A stretch of DNA of 61,581 bases, the filler included. It is 9 parts of 9 records of this genome, joined end to end, with 100 filler letters (N's around TTAATTAATTAA, not from the genome) between each part and the next. Parts side by side here need not be neighbours in the genome. Positions count along the whole stretch, not along the records: positions 34,532 to 44,643 come from SRR31147125_14083; positions 44,744 to 50,481 come from SRR31147125_14089; positions 50,582 to 55,975 come from SRR31147125_14100; 6 more parts are not named here. One strand, 5' to 3'. Shown here in pieces: positions 40,902 through 51,401 of the stretch. The first letter of the stretch is position 1; every line of letters begins with the position of its first letter. Under the pieces are notes generated by a model. It ran no database searches, had not been told where the DNA came from, and worked only from the letters and a program-made list of their open reading frames with translations. A program made the position numbers and the translations under genes.

Positions 40902-43744
40902 TTATTCATCTTCGCTATCTCTCTGTTCCTCCAGTACATCCTGCTCCAGTTCGGTTATGTAATCAAACGGGCTCTTTATTTTGCTGCTCTTATTCGTCGG
41001 TACGGGCGCAGCAGTTCGTTTTTTAGTTGTCGGTTTACTTGTCTTTTTTGCCGGCTTGGGTGATTTAGCAGCCGGTTTGCTTGTCATATCCGGTTTTGTC
41101 GCCTTTTCCGGCTTAGCCGACGTACTTGGTTTTGTCGCCTTTTTCGGTTTCACCTGCGTCTCAGGTTCTACTGGAGACTTCGGCTTCACTGGAGACTTGT
41201 TTTCTGCCACTTCTTCTGGTGCTACAGCCGCTTCCGGCTCTGCTGCAGGTTTGGGTTTAACAACCGGTTTCTGTTCTTCTACAACAGGTGCAGATTGAGG
41301 AACCTCACGAGTACTCTGGAGATATTCATCAGCCTCAACAGCAGGTTTAACTGCCTGAACTGGTTGAACGGGTTGTTCAGCAGGATACTGCAAGCGCACC
41401 TTCTCTGTTGACTGCAGATCCATTACTGCGGCCCGCTGTTTCACCACTTTACGCTTTCCTTTTCTGCGGCTCTGGCCCTTCGAAGAAATTCCCTTTCTGT
41501 ATTTGCGGCTGGATTTCTTGTACTGCGACTTATACTGCCGTTTTTTCTTGGGCACTTTTTCTCCGGTATCCTGGTAGTAGTAATAATAGTGGTAATAGTG
41601 GTACGAATCTTCCCGGGTAATATCATTTATAACAATACCGATAATCGGAACCCCTGAGTTGCTTATCGATTCCGAAGCAATTTTCAATCCATATTTTGAA
41701 GACTGGCCGGATCTTACCGCCATGACAATACCATCGGAATGTCGGGACGCAATCAACGCGTCCGATGCTGCCAGCAGCGGCGGAAGGTCGATAAGAATCC
41801 GATCATATTGATCCCGAAGACTTTCTATCATCTGATGCATCTTTTCGGAAGTCAGTATTGCTGTCGGGTTAGGAGGAAGCGGGCCAACTGCCATGATGCT
41901 CAGTTTCGGCAGCTCAGGCAGCGGATTATGAATTATATCCTCCAGAGGAAGTCCCTGCAGTAAGTGGTTCACTAATCCATTTTGTGACCGCGGCATTCCC
42001 ATCGCCTTTTCAAGACGCGGTTTTCGCATATCAGCGTCAATTACCAGCGTCCTCAACCCATTCTGGGCCATGGCAATTCCGGTATTTGCAATTATAGATG
42101 TTTTTCCCTGCGCCATTTCAGCACTAGTAATACAAATTACCTGGGCAGCTTCAACTGAGCTGTAAAGGATGTTGGTTGATATCAACTTATAGGCTTCTGC
42201 CGGAGGAGACGTCGGATCATTATAGACGACAAGCTCGGCAAAATGCTGCTCCTCATCAAAAACAAGATGCGGAATTCGGCCAAGAATCGGCAGATCCGTA
42301 CCAAGCGCTCTCCTGATTGACTCCTCATCTCGGATGGCGTCATCAAAAGCTTCAACCAGAAAAACGAGCAGGATACCAAGAAACAGACCCAATAGTACAC
42401 CGATTGCCAGCATCATACGCTTATTCGGTTTTATGGGACTGCGGGGAGTAGTTGCCTCATCAATAATGGTTGAGGTTCCGGTTACCGCAGCTTCGGCGAT
42501 TTTTGCCTCTTCAAAATTCTCAAGAAGCAGGATATATAAATTCTGTTTTACCGTTACATCACGCTGCAAATCCAGCAGCTGCTGCTCCAGAGCAGGTAAT
42601 GTAACCATCTTTTCTTCATACTTATTACGAAGCTGTGTCAGGTAACTGATATCAATCTCTGCCAGGTATTTCAGTGTATAGGCATCCGCCAGTTCGAGGA
42701 ATATGACACGTGTGCTTGCTCCCGGACTCACTCCATTCGAGTCTGCTTCGGTATCAAAAATAAGTTCAAGAATCCGTTGATTCAGCTCACTTTCAAGACG
42801 AACTATTCTTGTGTATAACTCATCTTTGCGAGTACCCTGCAGCCCGGTAACACTGCCGTCAGAATTTTGGAACCCAGCAAGCTCCAGCTTGGCACGGGAC
42901 ATTTCAGCCCTGATTGACCGCAATTCCGGATCCAGGGCAACTTTTTCATACAACGCTGGTTGGATATTATTTTCTACCAGTATCTCTGAGTATGCAGCAA
43001 TCTTGCTGTCCGCCTCGGTCACCTGAATATTATACGGCTCGATCTGCTGTTCATAATAGGTGACATTTTCCAGCAGCAGCCTGGCTTCCTCATCAAGCAG
43101 GTAAATACCCTGCTGTTCCTTGAATTCACGCAGCCGGTTTTCGGCATCGATTACCTGCTGTTCTGTATTGCCGATCTGCGAACCGATAAAAGCCCTGCGT
43201 ACGGTAAATGCTTCCTGAGCAAGACTCTTCAGCATGTCGTTATAGACATACATCAGCGTATTGGCTATATTTCGTGCCAGATTCGGATCTTTATTCTCAA
43301 CTGAAATTTTAACGATCTGGGTATCTTTGACAGTCGATACCGATATCATATTGGAAACACTGCCGATCAGACCGGAAGCAGTTACCTCACTTTTCGAGCC
43401 ATTCTGCTGTGAATAGTAACTGACAAGATTCAGTTCTTCGATTATTTCACTAATGTTTCGGCGGCTTTTGATGAGCTCGACTTCCGTGGAAATCCTGGTA
43501 GTGCTCGTGCCCCCTGCAGTGAAAAAATATCATCAATCGCATTATTGCTCTGAGAAGGTTCAACCCACATTGTAGCACTTGCCTGATAAATCGGTGTAGC
43601 CTGATACAAATACCCTGCCACCGCTCCTACGACAATAATAAACGTAGCTATCAGCCAAAATCTTCTTTTGCGGATAATCCTGAGAATATCCTTCAAAGAG
43701 ATTTCATTCTGGGAATCCTGATAAATCTGCTGCTCCACTGCCAC
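40902..43744 (-). CDS. wzc: Wzc-type polysaccharide tyrosine autokinase; frameshift in a G-run near 43512
   Basis: Wzz N-terminus (EISLKDILRII, PIYQASA) rejoins the 815-aa ORF with one extra G; PIKPNK, QGKTS, IDADMRKP, IDLPP, Tyr cluster YHYYHYYYYY. Confidence 0.88.
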
Positions 43745-44003
43745 TCTCCCACATCACTGCTATAGTACAAATAATAAACAGAAATATATATATACACAAG
43801 TATCATCGCAGGATGAAAAAAATTACAAAATTCAGTACATTACAGAGAAAATAGGTTGATAATTAGATGGCGAACCAGCCTGAAAGTGGAGCCGTATGGG
43901 TTTTCAACGGGCTGTAACACCGTCTGCTATTCACGATCCTGCCGTTTTTGAGTATGCTCTATAATACGGCCATTACCAGACTTTACACGGGAGTTTTTTC
44001 AGC

Positions 44004-44643
44004 ATGAAACCAGCAGCAATAAAAAAGATTTCGTACGCAATTCTGATCATCATACCAATATTCATGCCGATAGCCATTCCACTGAGATTCGGTATACCGA
44101 TTATCACCTTGGCCTATCTTGCCATAACCAGAAGAGGATTCTTTTTCTATCTGCTGGGTATGCGGGCTGCCGGGAACAGAGATCATGAAAAGACACTGAA
44201 ACATATGACTAGAGCCGCTCGCGCAGGACTCCCGGTTCATCGGGGCTGCATCGCCGCAGTTACACTACTAAAATTAAAGAAACCTGAAATAGCTGCCGAG
44301 CTGTTTACATCGTTGGATAAAAAAGTTAAATCCGATCCCGATCGAAATCATCTAAATTCCTACAAAGCCCTGCTCCACTGGTACAACGGCAATCGGGAAA
44401 ATGCCGAAGATATGCTGCGTGACCTGTTTGAAGCCGGGTATCGTACCACCCACCTTTACAGCACTCTGGGATACTTCATTCTGCATAATGACAGCAGTGA
44501 TATTGCTGACCAGATAGCATATACATTGGAAGCCATAGAATATGATGATACCGCGGATATCCGTGACAATCTGACCGCTCTTTATATCAAAGCAGCTGAT
44601 TGGGAATCGGCTGCTGAAAACTCTTCCATTGTACTTGAAAAAA
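44004..44643 (+). CDS. membrane-anchored TPR-like protein, 3' truncated
   Basis: Two N-terminal TM segments followed by helical TPR-like repeats (YSTLGYF, EAIEYDD). Confidence 0.65.
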
Positions 44644-44743
44644 NNNNNNNNNNNNNNNNNNNNNNNNNNNNNNNNNNNNNNNNNNNNTTAATTAATTAAN
44701 NNNNNNNNNNNNNNNNNNNNNNNNNNNNNNNNNNNNNNNNNNN
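44644..44743. other. artificial contig linker
   Basis: N44-TTAATTAATTAA-N44. Confidence 0.99.
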
Positions 44744-44796
44744 CCCTAATCTTCTGATCCGTAGTCAGATGCCATATCCAGTTAGGCCACGGGCGC
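44744..44796 (-). tRNA. tRNA-Arg(ACG), 3' truncated
   Basis: Minus strand GCGCCCGTGGCCTAACTGGATATGGCATCTGACTACGGATCAGAAGATTAGGG; anticodon arm TCTGA-CTACGGA-TCAGA. Confidence 0.92.
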
Positions 44797-45069
44797 ATAT
44801 TTGAGTTTTAAGCTCTTTAGAAATCTTAATATTTCCTTAAGAGATTTAAAAGTATATGGGTTTTGGGGGGATTGTCAATATGTATTTTGAGAAAATATAA
44901 CTATATTTTTTATGTGCGGCTGTAGTGACCATTATTTTGGCTTTATTATGCTAGATAACTATTATTGCACTTTAATTTATGACGCTTTTTGTTTATAATT
45001 TTTAGGGTATTATTAATGTTTGAGAATAGGAACTTTTCATGTTTTGCTAATTTTACAGAGGGGGATACT

Positions 45070-46166
45070 TTGAATCATATTGATATTAAAAGTGTGGAAG
45101 AGGGGGATTTTATTGAGGGGTTTTATGCTGTAAAAGATGCGTCCTTGCAGACCACAGCTACAGGGAAGACATATATCAGGATTGTTATTGCTGATGCTTC
45201 CGGGAGTATCTCGGGAAATATGTGGGATGCTTCCAAAGAGCTTTTTCAGACATTCTCTGCTGGGTCTATTGTGAAGATTCGTGCTGCAATAGAGAGTTAC
45301 CGAGGGCAGCTGCAGGTCAAGGTCGAGCGTTTACGGGCTGTGACAGTTGAGGACAATGTTGATTTATCGCTCTTTGTCCCGCACACACCCGCTAATATAG
45401 ATGAGTTGTATGGTGAATTGACAGCTGTTATAGACCAAGTAAAGGATAGAGATTTTCGGGCTATACTTGCTTCTTTTTTTGATGATGAAGAGGTTGTGAG
45501 GAAATTCAGGCTTACTCCGGCTGCAAAAGCAAACCATCATGCTTATATAGGTGGTCTGCTGGAGCATACTGTCTCTTTGCTTCGTTATGCTAAGGCATTT
45601 GTGCTCTCTTCTCCTGCAAACTTGAATATGGACTTACTCCTTACCGGGATAGTTCTTCACGATATCGGGAAGATTACTGAGTTGGCTGTGAGTTCGGTTA
45701 TTGATTATACTGATCAGGGAAAGTTGCTGGGGCATCTTATTATTGGTTCAATGATGGTTGAAGAGAGGGTTAGGAGTATTCCAGATTTTCCTGAGGAAAA
45801 AAGATTTTGTTGCAGCATCTTATTCTGAGTCATCACGGTAAATATGAGTATGGCTCGCCAGTCCTGCCGGCAGTACCGGAAGCTTTTGCTCTTCATCATC
45901 TTGATAATCTTGATGCTAAGACTATTGCTGCCAGTAGGTTTATTGCTGAGGATGATTCAGAAACTCACTGGACTGAGAGATCTTGGATGCTGGATACTAT
46001 GCTGTATAAGGCAGATTTCGGGGGAGGGGATGATGAGCTAGAAGGGAATGAGTCTGCTTCACAGAGTCGCAGGGTAGCTGCTGTGGCTGCTGATAAAGTA
46101 GAAGATAAGGAAAAGGTTCAGCCTAAGAAAAAATCGGAAATTGAGTCTGGGGGGTTATTTGGATAG
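45070..46166 (+). CDS. yhaM: YhaM/Cbf-like OB-fold + HD 3'-5' exoribonuclease; frameshift in an A-run near 45800
   Basis: OB fold ([12 protein letters not shown]), [29 protein letters not shown]; one extra A joins it to [10 protein letters not shown]...[10 protein letters not shown] start after GAGGGG. Confidence 0.88.
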
Positions 46167-46285
46167 GTAGGTATATCACGGATGAGGTCAGGGGATTATT
46201 TTTCGGAGCATAGTTATTCGCGTTAGTGAAGTCTTCTCTGTTTTTGTCTGGGTTGTTTCCCTCATTATGACTATTTGGTGAATAT

Positions 46286-46325
46286 ATAAAGAAACGACCT
46301 GCAGAAGAGCAGGTCGTTTCTTTAT
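46286..46325. terminator. bidirectional terminator between yhaM and fliD
   Basis: Perfect 17-bp stem ATAAAGAAACGACCTGC / GCAGGTCGTTTCTTTAT. Confidence 0.85.
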
Positions 46326-46341
46326 TAAAATATAGTATGAA

Positions 46342-49300
46342 TCAGGAACCGCCTGACCATGAAGCTGCTTGTGAGGAGAAGTAGTTGCCCTGTGCCTGAA
46401 TACTCTGCAGGTTACTTTCCATGTTGGCATAGGTATTGATAAGGCTTAATTCTTTGGCTTCAAGTCTTTCTTCCATACTTTCGATCTGGTCATCAATTTC
46501 AGTCTGCTGACTGGTAATTGTTTCTTTGATTGAAGCGAACCAACCGTTGATTGAATCTGTAAGACTGTCTGTATCTACTGCCTGCTGAGCAGATAAACCT
46601 TGTGACTCCATAGCTTCAATTTCAGCAATTCTGAATTTACCATCTTCAGCATGTGTTTCATACCCTGTGATGCGGATTGCTTTTGCTTTAGTAGGGTCTG
46701 TAAAACCAAGAGTATTGATCGCCTGAGAATTATTCTCCAGTTTTCTGAGTTCCTGCCAATTATTATTGGTATCAAGGTACTCAACAAGATAGCTCTCAAG
46801 AGCATAATCTGCTGCTGGCATATCTTCAGTATTTACATGATAGATACTGAGATAATCGAGTGTTCTTGCTCTGTCGAAATTGACGGTATATTGATATCCA
46901 TTATCCTCGTCAATTGCATTGAGTGATTCAAAACCATTAGAACTGTCAAAAACATCCTGATCATTATTACCGTTGATAGCGTTTTTAGGATCGGTTGCAC
47001 CTTTATCTGTGGTGCCTACTGTTGCGGCCAAATCGCTTCTGGCAACATCAATACTTTTACACATCAAATTTTTGACGGCGTCATAATTATTATTTATCTT
47101 GTCGTTCAGTACTGAGCTGTCAACTTCGAGGTGACCCTCATCATTGAACTTAACACCGATGTCATACCACATGCACATCTCGCCATCTTCACCTTCTGCT
47201 ATTGTGAAGAAAGTATCAGAAAGGCTGTTCATTAGGCTACGGGTGTTGCTGTCTGCGAAGAAGATGCCTGGCTGGTTTGTTTCGCTATCCCAGTCGTCGA
47301 ATTCATCGATAAGGTCTACAAGGGTGTTGTATGCTGTCACAAGATCTTCTATACCGGTTTTGACTGCATCTTTTTCCTGTGATACTGAGACTGTAGTCCA
47401 TTCATCAGAGGTCTGTTTGAGGTCAAGCTCTAGACCGAGAACAGCAGAGTTGTTCTCATTGGTTGAGGAAGTCATCATAACAGGACTTACACCGCTGTTG
47501 CCCTGACCATAAAGAAGAACTGCATCTTTGGCATCTGAGGTCTTGGCAAAGTTGAATGAATCCATATCTGTATCAAGAAGGAGGTCGCTCTCTTTACCGG
47601 AGTTGCTGCTGGTAATTGAGAGACGGTATGGAGCAAAGTCTGAACCATCATTGATAATTGAACATTGTACATCTATACCGCTGTATGCGACCTTGTTCAT
47701 TACATCTCTTAGATCATCATTCTGGTCTACTGTGATAGTGCGTTCAAAACTGCCGTCCACCATGAAATCGCCACTGCCGAGGATACCGAGTTTTTCTGCA
47801 GTAGAGCCGCCACCGATTTCACCAATAGTAATTTTGCCTTCACCATTAGCGTCATCAAAGATCACAATACCATCACCACTGGCGTTGATACCTGCTGTAA
47901 CGCCAACACCATTATTGTTGATAGAATCAAGTACGTCGCCGATAGTCTCTGCACCACTGAAAGAGATTTCAGACATAGCTCCGGCAGTATTGGTAATGCT
48001 GATAGAACCAGCATAGAAGGCTTTATCGCCTGTAAGGCTTTCAAGTGTTGTTGATCTTGCTATCCACTGAGTATCAAGGTCACCTGCATTCTTGGTCTCG
48101 CCAGCTTCGAAGGTCTTGCTGGTAAGTCCGAGATCTGTTGCTGTGCGTGAACCGCCGGCAATGTTACTGAAAGTAACGTCATGGCTGGTATTGTTAACAA
48201 CTGATATACCGTTCTTGGCTGTGTTCATGATGAATTCTACATCAACACCAGCGGTCTCTGCCTGTGTGTTGAGAGTCTTTAAAAGGTCACTCATACTGTC
48301 GTCAGCGCCTAGTGAACTGATATCAATATTATGGTCTGTGCCATCGACTGTAAGTGTAAAACCATCAAGTGTGTTATACTTAGTACCATCTGGCTGTATG
48401 CCCTTCATGCCTGCTGAACCATTGATGCCGTTGAAGATAAACTGTGAGCCTTTAATACCTGTAGTCTCGCCTGCTGCAGTATCATTGCCTGCGCCAAAGC
48501 CGATTTTTGCAGCAATAAGTCCGTTTGCTGTCATATCACCAAGAGCAGGGGCAACAAAGTCATCAGGCTTCTGAAGGATACCATTGATTCCGCCTGTGCT
48601 ATCACCAGCAATGCCGAATAGTTCTGCTGCGTGAGCATCTGCACCGATTTCACCAATAACGGTATTGTCATCACCGCCGGCTGTATCTTCAATATCAATG
48701 CCTGTTCCGCTGGAGTTAAGACTTGCTGTAAGACCTATACTCGCATCAGTACATTCTGTATTGAACTTCTCAATAACCTCACCAATGGTTGTACAACCAG
48801 CAAAATTGAATGATGTCTCAGCGCCAGTTGAATCCTTGACTCCGATAGACCATGCTTCATCAAAAAATTCACCATTTTTAATATCTGTAATTGGGGTGTC
48901 TGCTGAAACCCGTGCAAGTACGTCTGTTTTATCAGCAAGAGTGAAGCTGTTGGTTTCTGGTTCGAGGAAGAGCTGAACCTGACAGGCATCATCGGGGTCA
49001 TTAATAGTATCAAGAAGATCGCCGATAGTGCTGTCTTCTTCGGCTGTAAAAGTAACACTCTTACCTAGTTTGTCAGTTACAGTAAAGGTTTCACCAGCTT
49101 GGATATTATTATATTCCATGAGGGTAGTGTCACGGCTGAAGCTTTTTGTTCCCATTAATCTGGAAATCTGTACACTGTTTAAATCACCAGTTAGCTTATA
49201 ACCGGTAAATGAAGTTACATCATTTGTGTCTGTGTCTATACCAAGATCAAGTGCGGTTGTGTTGCTGTCGCCTGAGCCAGGGTCACTGCGGATTGAGAAA

Positions 49301-50481
49301 GCTGCAGCATCTGATGCTTCGACGTGAAGACCATTATTATCGATTGAGACATCGAGATTCATGATCTTGTTACCACTGTCATCTTCTGCATTCTCAAGTG
49401 CGTAAATAACATCCCCAAGAGTCTGGGCATTTTTGAGATCGGCTGTATATTCTTTGCCGTCTTTTTTAATCAGTATATTACCACATTCACCATCATTGAT
49501 GCCGAGTCCGTCACGGAGCATCTTGAGTGATGAGCGTTCATTGAGCTGATTGATATCTTCACCAACATATATATCATTGACTGCATCATAAGTAAGATTT
49601 GACAAGCCAAGGTCGTCAGCTGTTGTGCCTGCGCCGACATTCTGGATATACATAGCTTCTGAACCATGTACTTTATCTCGTACACGGATTTCATTGTCTT
49701 CTACATAGGTCTCTATACCAACTCCATAGGTTGAGTTGATAGTCTCAGTAATATCGTTGAGCGTTTCGCAGGATGAAAGATCAATCTCGGTTACATCGCC
49801 ATCAGAGTTGCTTACACGGATTGAACCGTGATAGATGCCGTTACCGCCATTGAGTGCTTTGACCTCTGTGTCACGTACGCAGCGACCAAGAGCATTCTCA
49901 AGAGTGATGCTGCCGCTTACTGCCTGATCTTCTGTAGGATTTGCAAGATTCCAGCCATATAGATCGTCACCTTCAAAGGCACCGCTCAAACCGGTATTAG
50001 GAAGAGCTGTGAGGGCTGTAAGTCCGAGACTGTCTGCTGCTGTACTTACTGGGTGATCTACACCGGAGTAATTGCTGAAGACAAGTGCGCCATCAGCTGG
50101 ATTATCACAGGTGAGAGAGAGTCCCATAGGCATGCCGTAGGCCTCTGCCTGATCTTTATTGGTTTCATTATATATATTGACACTTAAATGGATGCCGGCT
50201 GTAGATGCCTGTCCGGAGAGCTCAAATACTACATCCTGCATTGTTTTGCAGTTTGTTAGGTCGATAGCTACTTCATTGGCTCCCTGAGTAAGTGTTATCC
50301 AGCCAAGCTCAACGCCGTTGCCGTCATTGAAATCTGCTATCTGTGTGTCAAGGTCGTATTCTGATTCTACCTTCTCTGTAGCGATACCACCGGGAAGAAC
50401 AGGATCATCCATAGTGGAGAAACCTGCAGACATGAATTTTGCATTAGAAGCGAGGCTGGCTACCTTGAACTGGTGTGTACC
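46342..50481 (-). CDS. fliD: giant flagellar filament cap protein FliD, 5' truncated, with internal repeats and a discoidin-like insert
   Basis: CSIINDGS...YRLSITSSNSG, AKDA, LVTAYNTL, IGVKFNDEGHLEVD, and C-terminal coiled coil IESMEERLEAKELSLINTYANMESNL; many flagellin-hook-IN-like repeats (TAxDLGL). Confidence 0.88.
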   Translation of the reverse strand, partial: GTHQFKVASLASNAKFMSAGFSTMDDPVLPGGIATEKVESEYDLDTQIADFNDGNGVELGWITLTQGANEVAIDLTNCKTMQDVVFELSGQASTAGIHLSVNIYNETNKDQAEAYGMPMGLSLTCDNPADGALVFSNYSGVDHPVSTAADSLGLTALTALPNTGLSGAFEGDDLYGWNLANPTEDQAVSGSITLENALGRCVRDTEVKALNGGNGIYHGSIRVSNSDGDVTEIDLSSCETLNDITETINSTYGVGIETYVEDNEIRVRDKVHGSEAMYIQNVGAGTTADDLGLSNLTYDAVNDIYVGEDINQLNERSSLKMLRDGLGINDGECGNILIKKDGKEYTADLKNAQTLGDVIYALENAEDDSGNKIMNLDVSIDNNGLHVEASDAAAFSIRSDPGSGDSNTTALDLGIDTDTNDVTSFTGYKLTGDLNSVQISRLMGTKSFSRDTTLMEYNNIQAGETFTVTDKLGKSVTFTAEEDSTIGDLLDTINDPDDACQVQLFLEPETNSFTLADKTDVLARVSADTPITDIKNGEFFDEAWSIGVKDSTGAETSFNFAGCTTIGEVIEKFNTECTDASIGLTASLNSSGTGIDIEDTAGGDDNTVIGEIGADAHAAELFGIAGDSTGGINGILQKPDDFVAPALGDMTANGLIAAKIGFGAGNDTAAGETTGIKGSQFIFNGINGSAGMKGIQPDGTKYNTLDGFTLTVDGTDHNIDISSLGADDSMSDLLKTLNTQAETAGVDVEFIMNTAKNGISVVNNTSHDVTFSNIAGGSRTATDLGLTSKTFEAGETKNAGDLDTQWIARSTTLESLTGDKAFYAGSISITNTAGAMSEISFSGAETIGDVLDSINNNGVGVTAGINASGDGIVIFDDANGEGKITIGEIGGGSTAEKLGILGSGDFMVDGSFERTITVDQNDDLRDVMNKVAYSGIDVQCSIINDGSDFAPYRLSITSSNSGKESDLLLDTDMDSFNFAKTSDAKDAVLLYGQGNSGVSPVMMTSSTNENNSAVLGLELDLKQTSDEWTTVSVSQEKDAVKTGIEDLVTAYNTLVDLIDEFDDWDSETNQPGIFFADSNTRSLMNSLSDTFFTIAEGEDGEMCMWYDIGVKFNDEGHLEVDSSVLNDKINNNYDAVKNLMCKSIDVARSDLAATVGTTDKGATDPKNAINGNNDQDVFDSSNGFESLNAIDEDNGYQYTVNFDRARTLDYLSIYHVNTEDMPAADYALESYLVEYLDTNNNWQELRKLENNSQAINTLGFTDPTKAKAIRITGYETHAEDGKFRIAEIEAMESQGLSAQQAVDTDSLTDSINGWFASIKETITSQQTEIDDQIESMEERLEAKELSLINTYANMESNLQSIQAQGNYFSSQAASWSGGS

Positions 50482-50581
50482 NNNNNNNNNNNNNNNNNNN
50501 NNNNNNNNNNNNNNNNNNNNNNNNNTTAATTAATTAANNNNNNNNNNNNNNNNNNNNNNNNNNNNNNNNNNNNNNNNNNNN
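50482..50581. other. artificial contig linker
   Basis: N44-TTAATTAATTAA-N44. Confidence 0.99.
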
Positions 50582-50770
50582 AAAAGATCTTTCATAAAAT
50601 TTTCTCCTGATTATGCATGATTAGCATAAGTTTAAGTTAGGGGTTGCTGATTAAACAGCTAATCTTTTACAATATCAATACCTAATGCTTTTGCTTTTGA
50701 TTAAGTACTAGAATTGTTTTAAAAAGCTTTCTAAAAAGAATTAAATACCCTCTATCCACCTAGCTCTTTA

Positions 50771-51385
50771 TTAATTCAAGGTAAAGATCACCATATAGTT
50801 GAATCCTAAATCTACATAATCAACTTTTTTAAACCCATATCCTTCAAGTCCGTTTTCAAGCTGCTCTGGTGAAAGCCTCATATGGATAGGCGCACCAAAC
50901 TGTGTGTTTTGTTTTTTGCACTCAATAACAACCAGCTTACCATTAAGCTTGATAACTCGCCTTAGTTCAGCAAATAGTTTTATCATCATAAGAGAAAAAT
51001 CCATTGTATGCAAAACAGTAGAAATTAAACAAACATCCATACTGTTATCTTGAATATTTATCTTTTGACGGATGTCTGAAACTACAGGGTGTATATTATT
51101 AATCCCCTGTAACGCAGCTTCTTGACAAACTTCATCTACCATATCCTGCGATAAATCCAGTGCGTATACATTACCTGATTCACCAACTATCTTGGATGCA
51201 TAAATTGAATAATACCCCGCACCGCAGCCTAAATCTAAAAACTTATCTCCTTTTTTTAAAGCAATCTTTTCAAACACGAGTTCAGGATCCTGCATATGAA
51301 AGCTGCTTGGCCTGCGCCGAAAACGGGATGTGCTGCAATTATGTTTTATCCTGTTTTTGTATTTATGATTGTTATCTTTATTCAT
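50771..51385 (-). CDS. class I SAM-dependent methyltransferase
   Basis: FLDLGCGAGYYS, VYALD, MDVCLISTVLH, RVIKLNGKLVVIE. Confidence 0.9.
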   Translation of the reverse strand: MNKDNNHKYKNRIKHNCSTSRFRRRPSSFHMQDPELVFEKIALKKGDKFLDLGCGAGYYSIYASKIVGESGNVYALDLSQDMVDEVCQEAALQGINNIHPVVSDIRQKINIQDNSMDVCLISTVLHTMDFSLMMIKLFAELRRVIKLNGKLVVIECKKQNTQFGAPIHMRLSPEQLENGLEGYGFKKVDYVDLGFNYMVIFTLN

Positions 51386-51401
51386 GATTTATTACCCCTT
51401 T

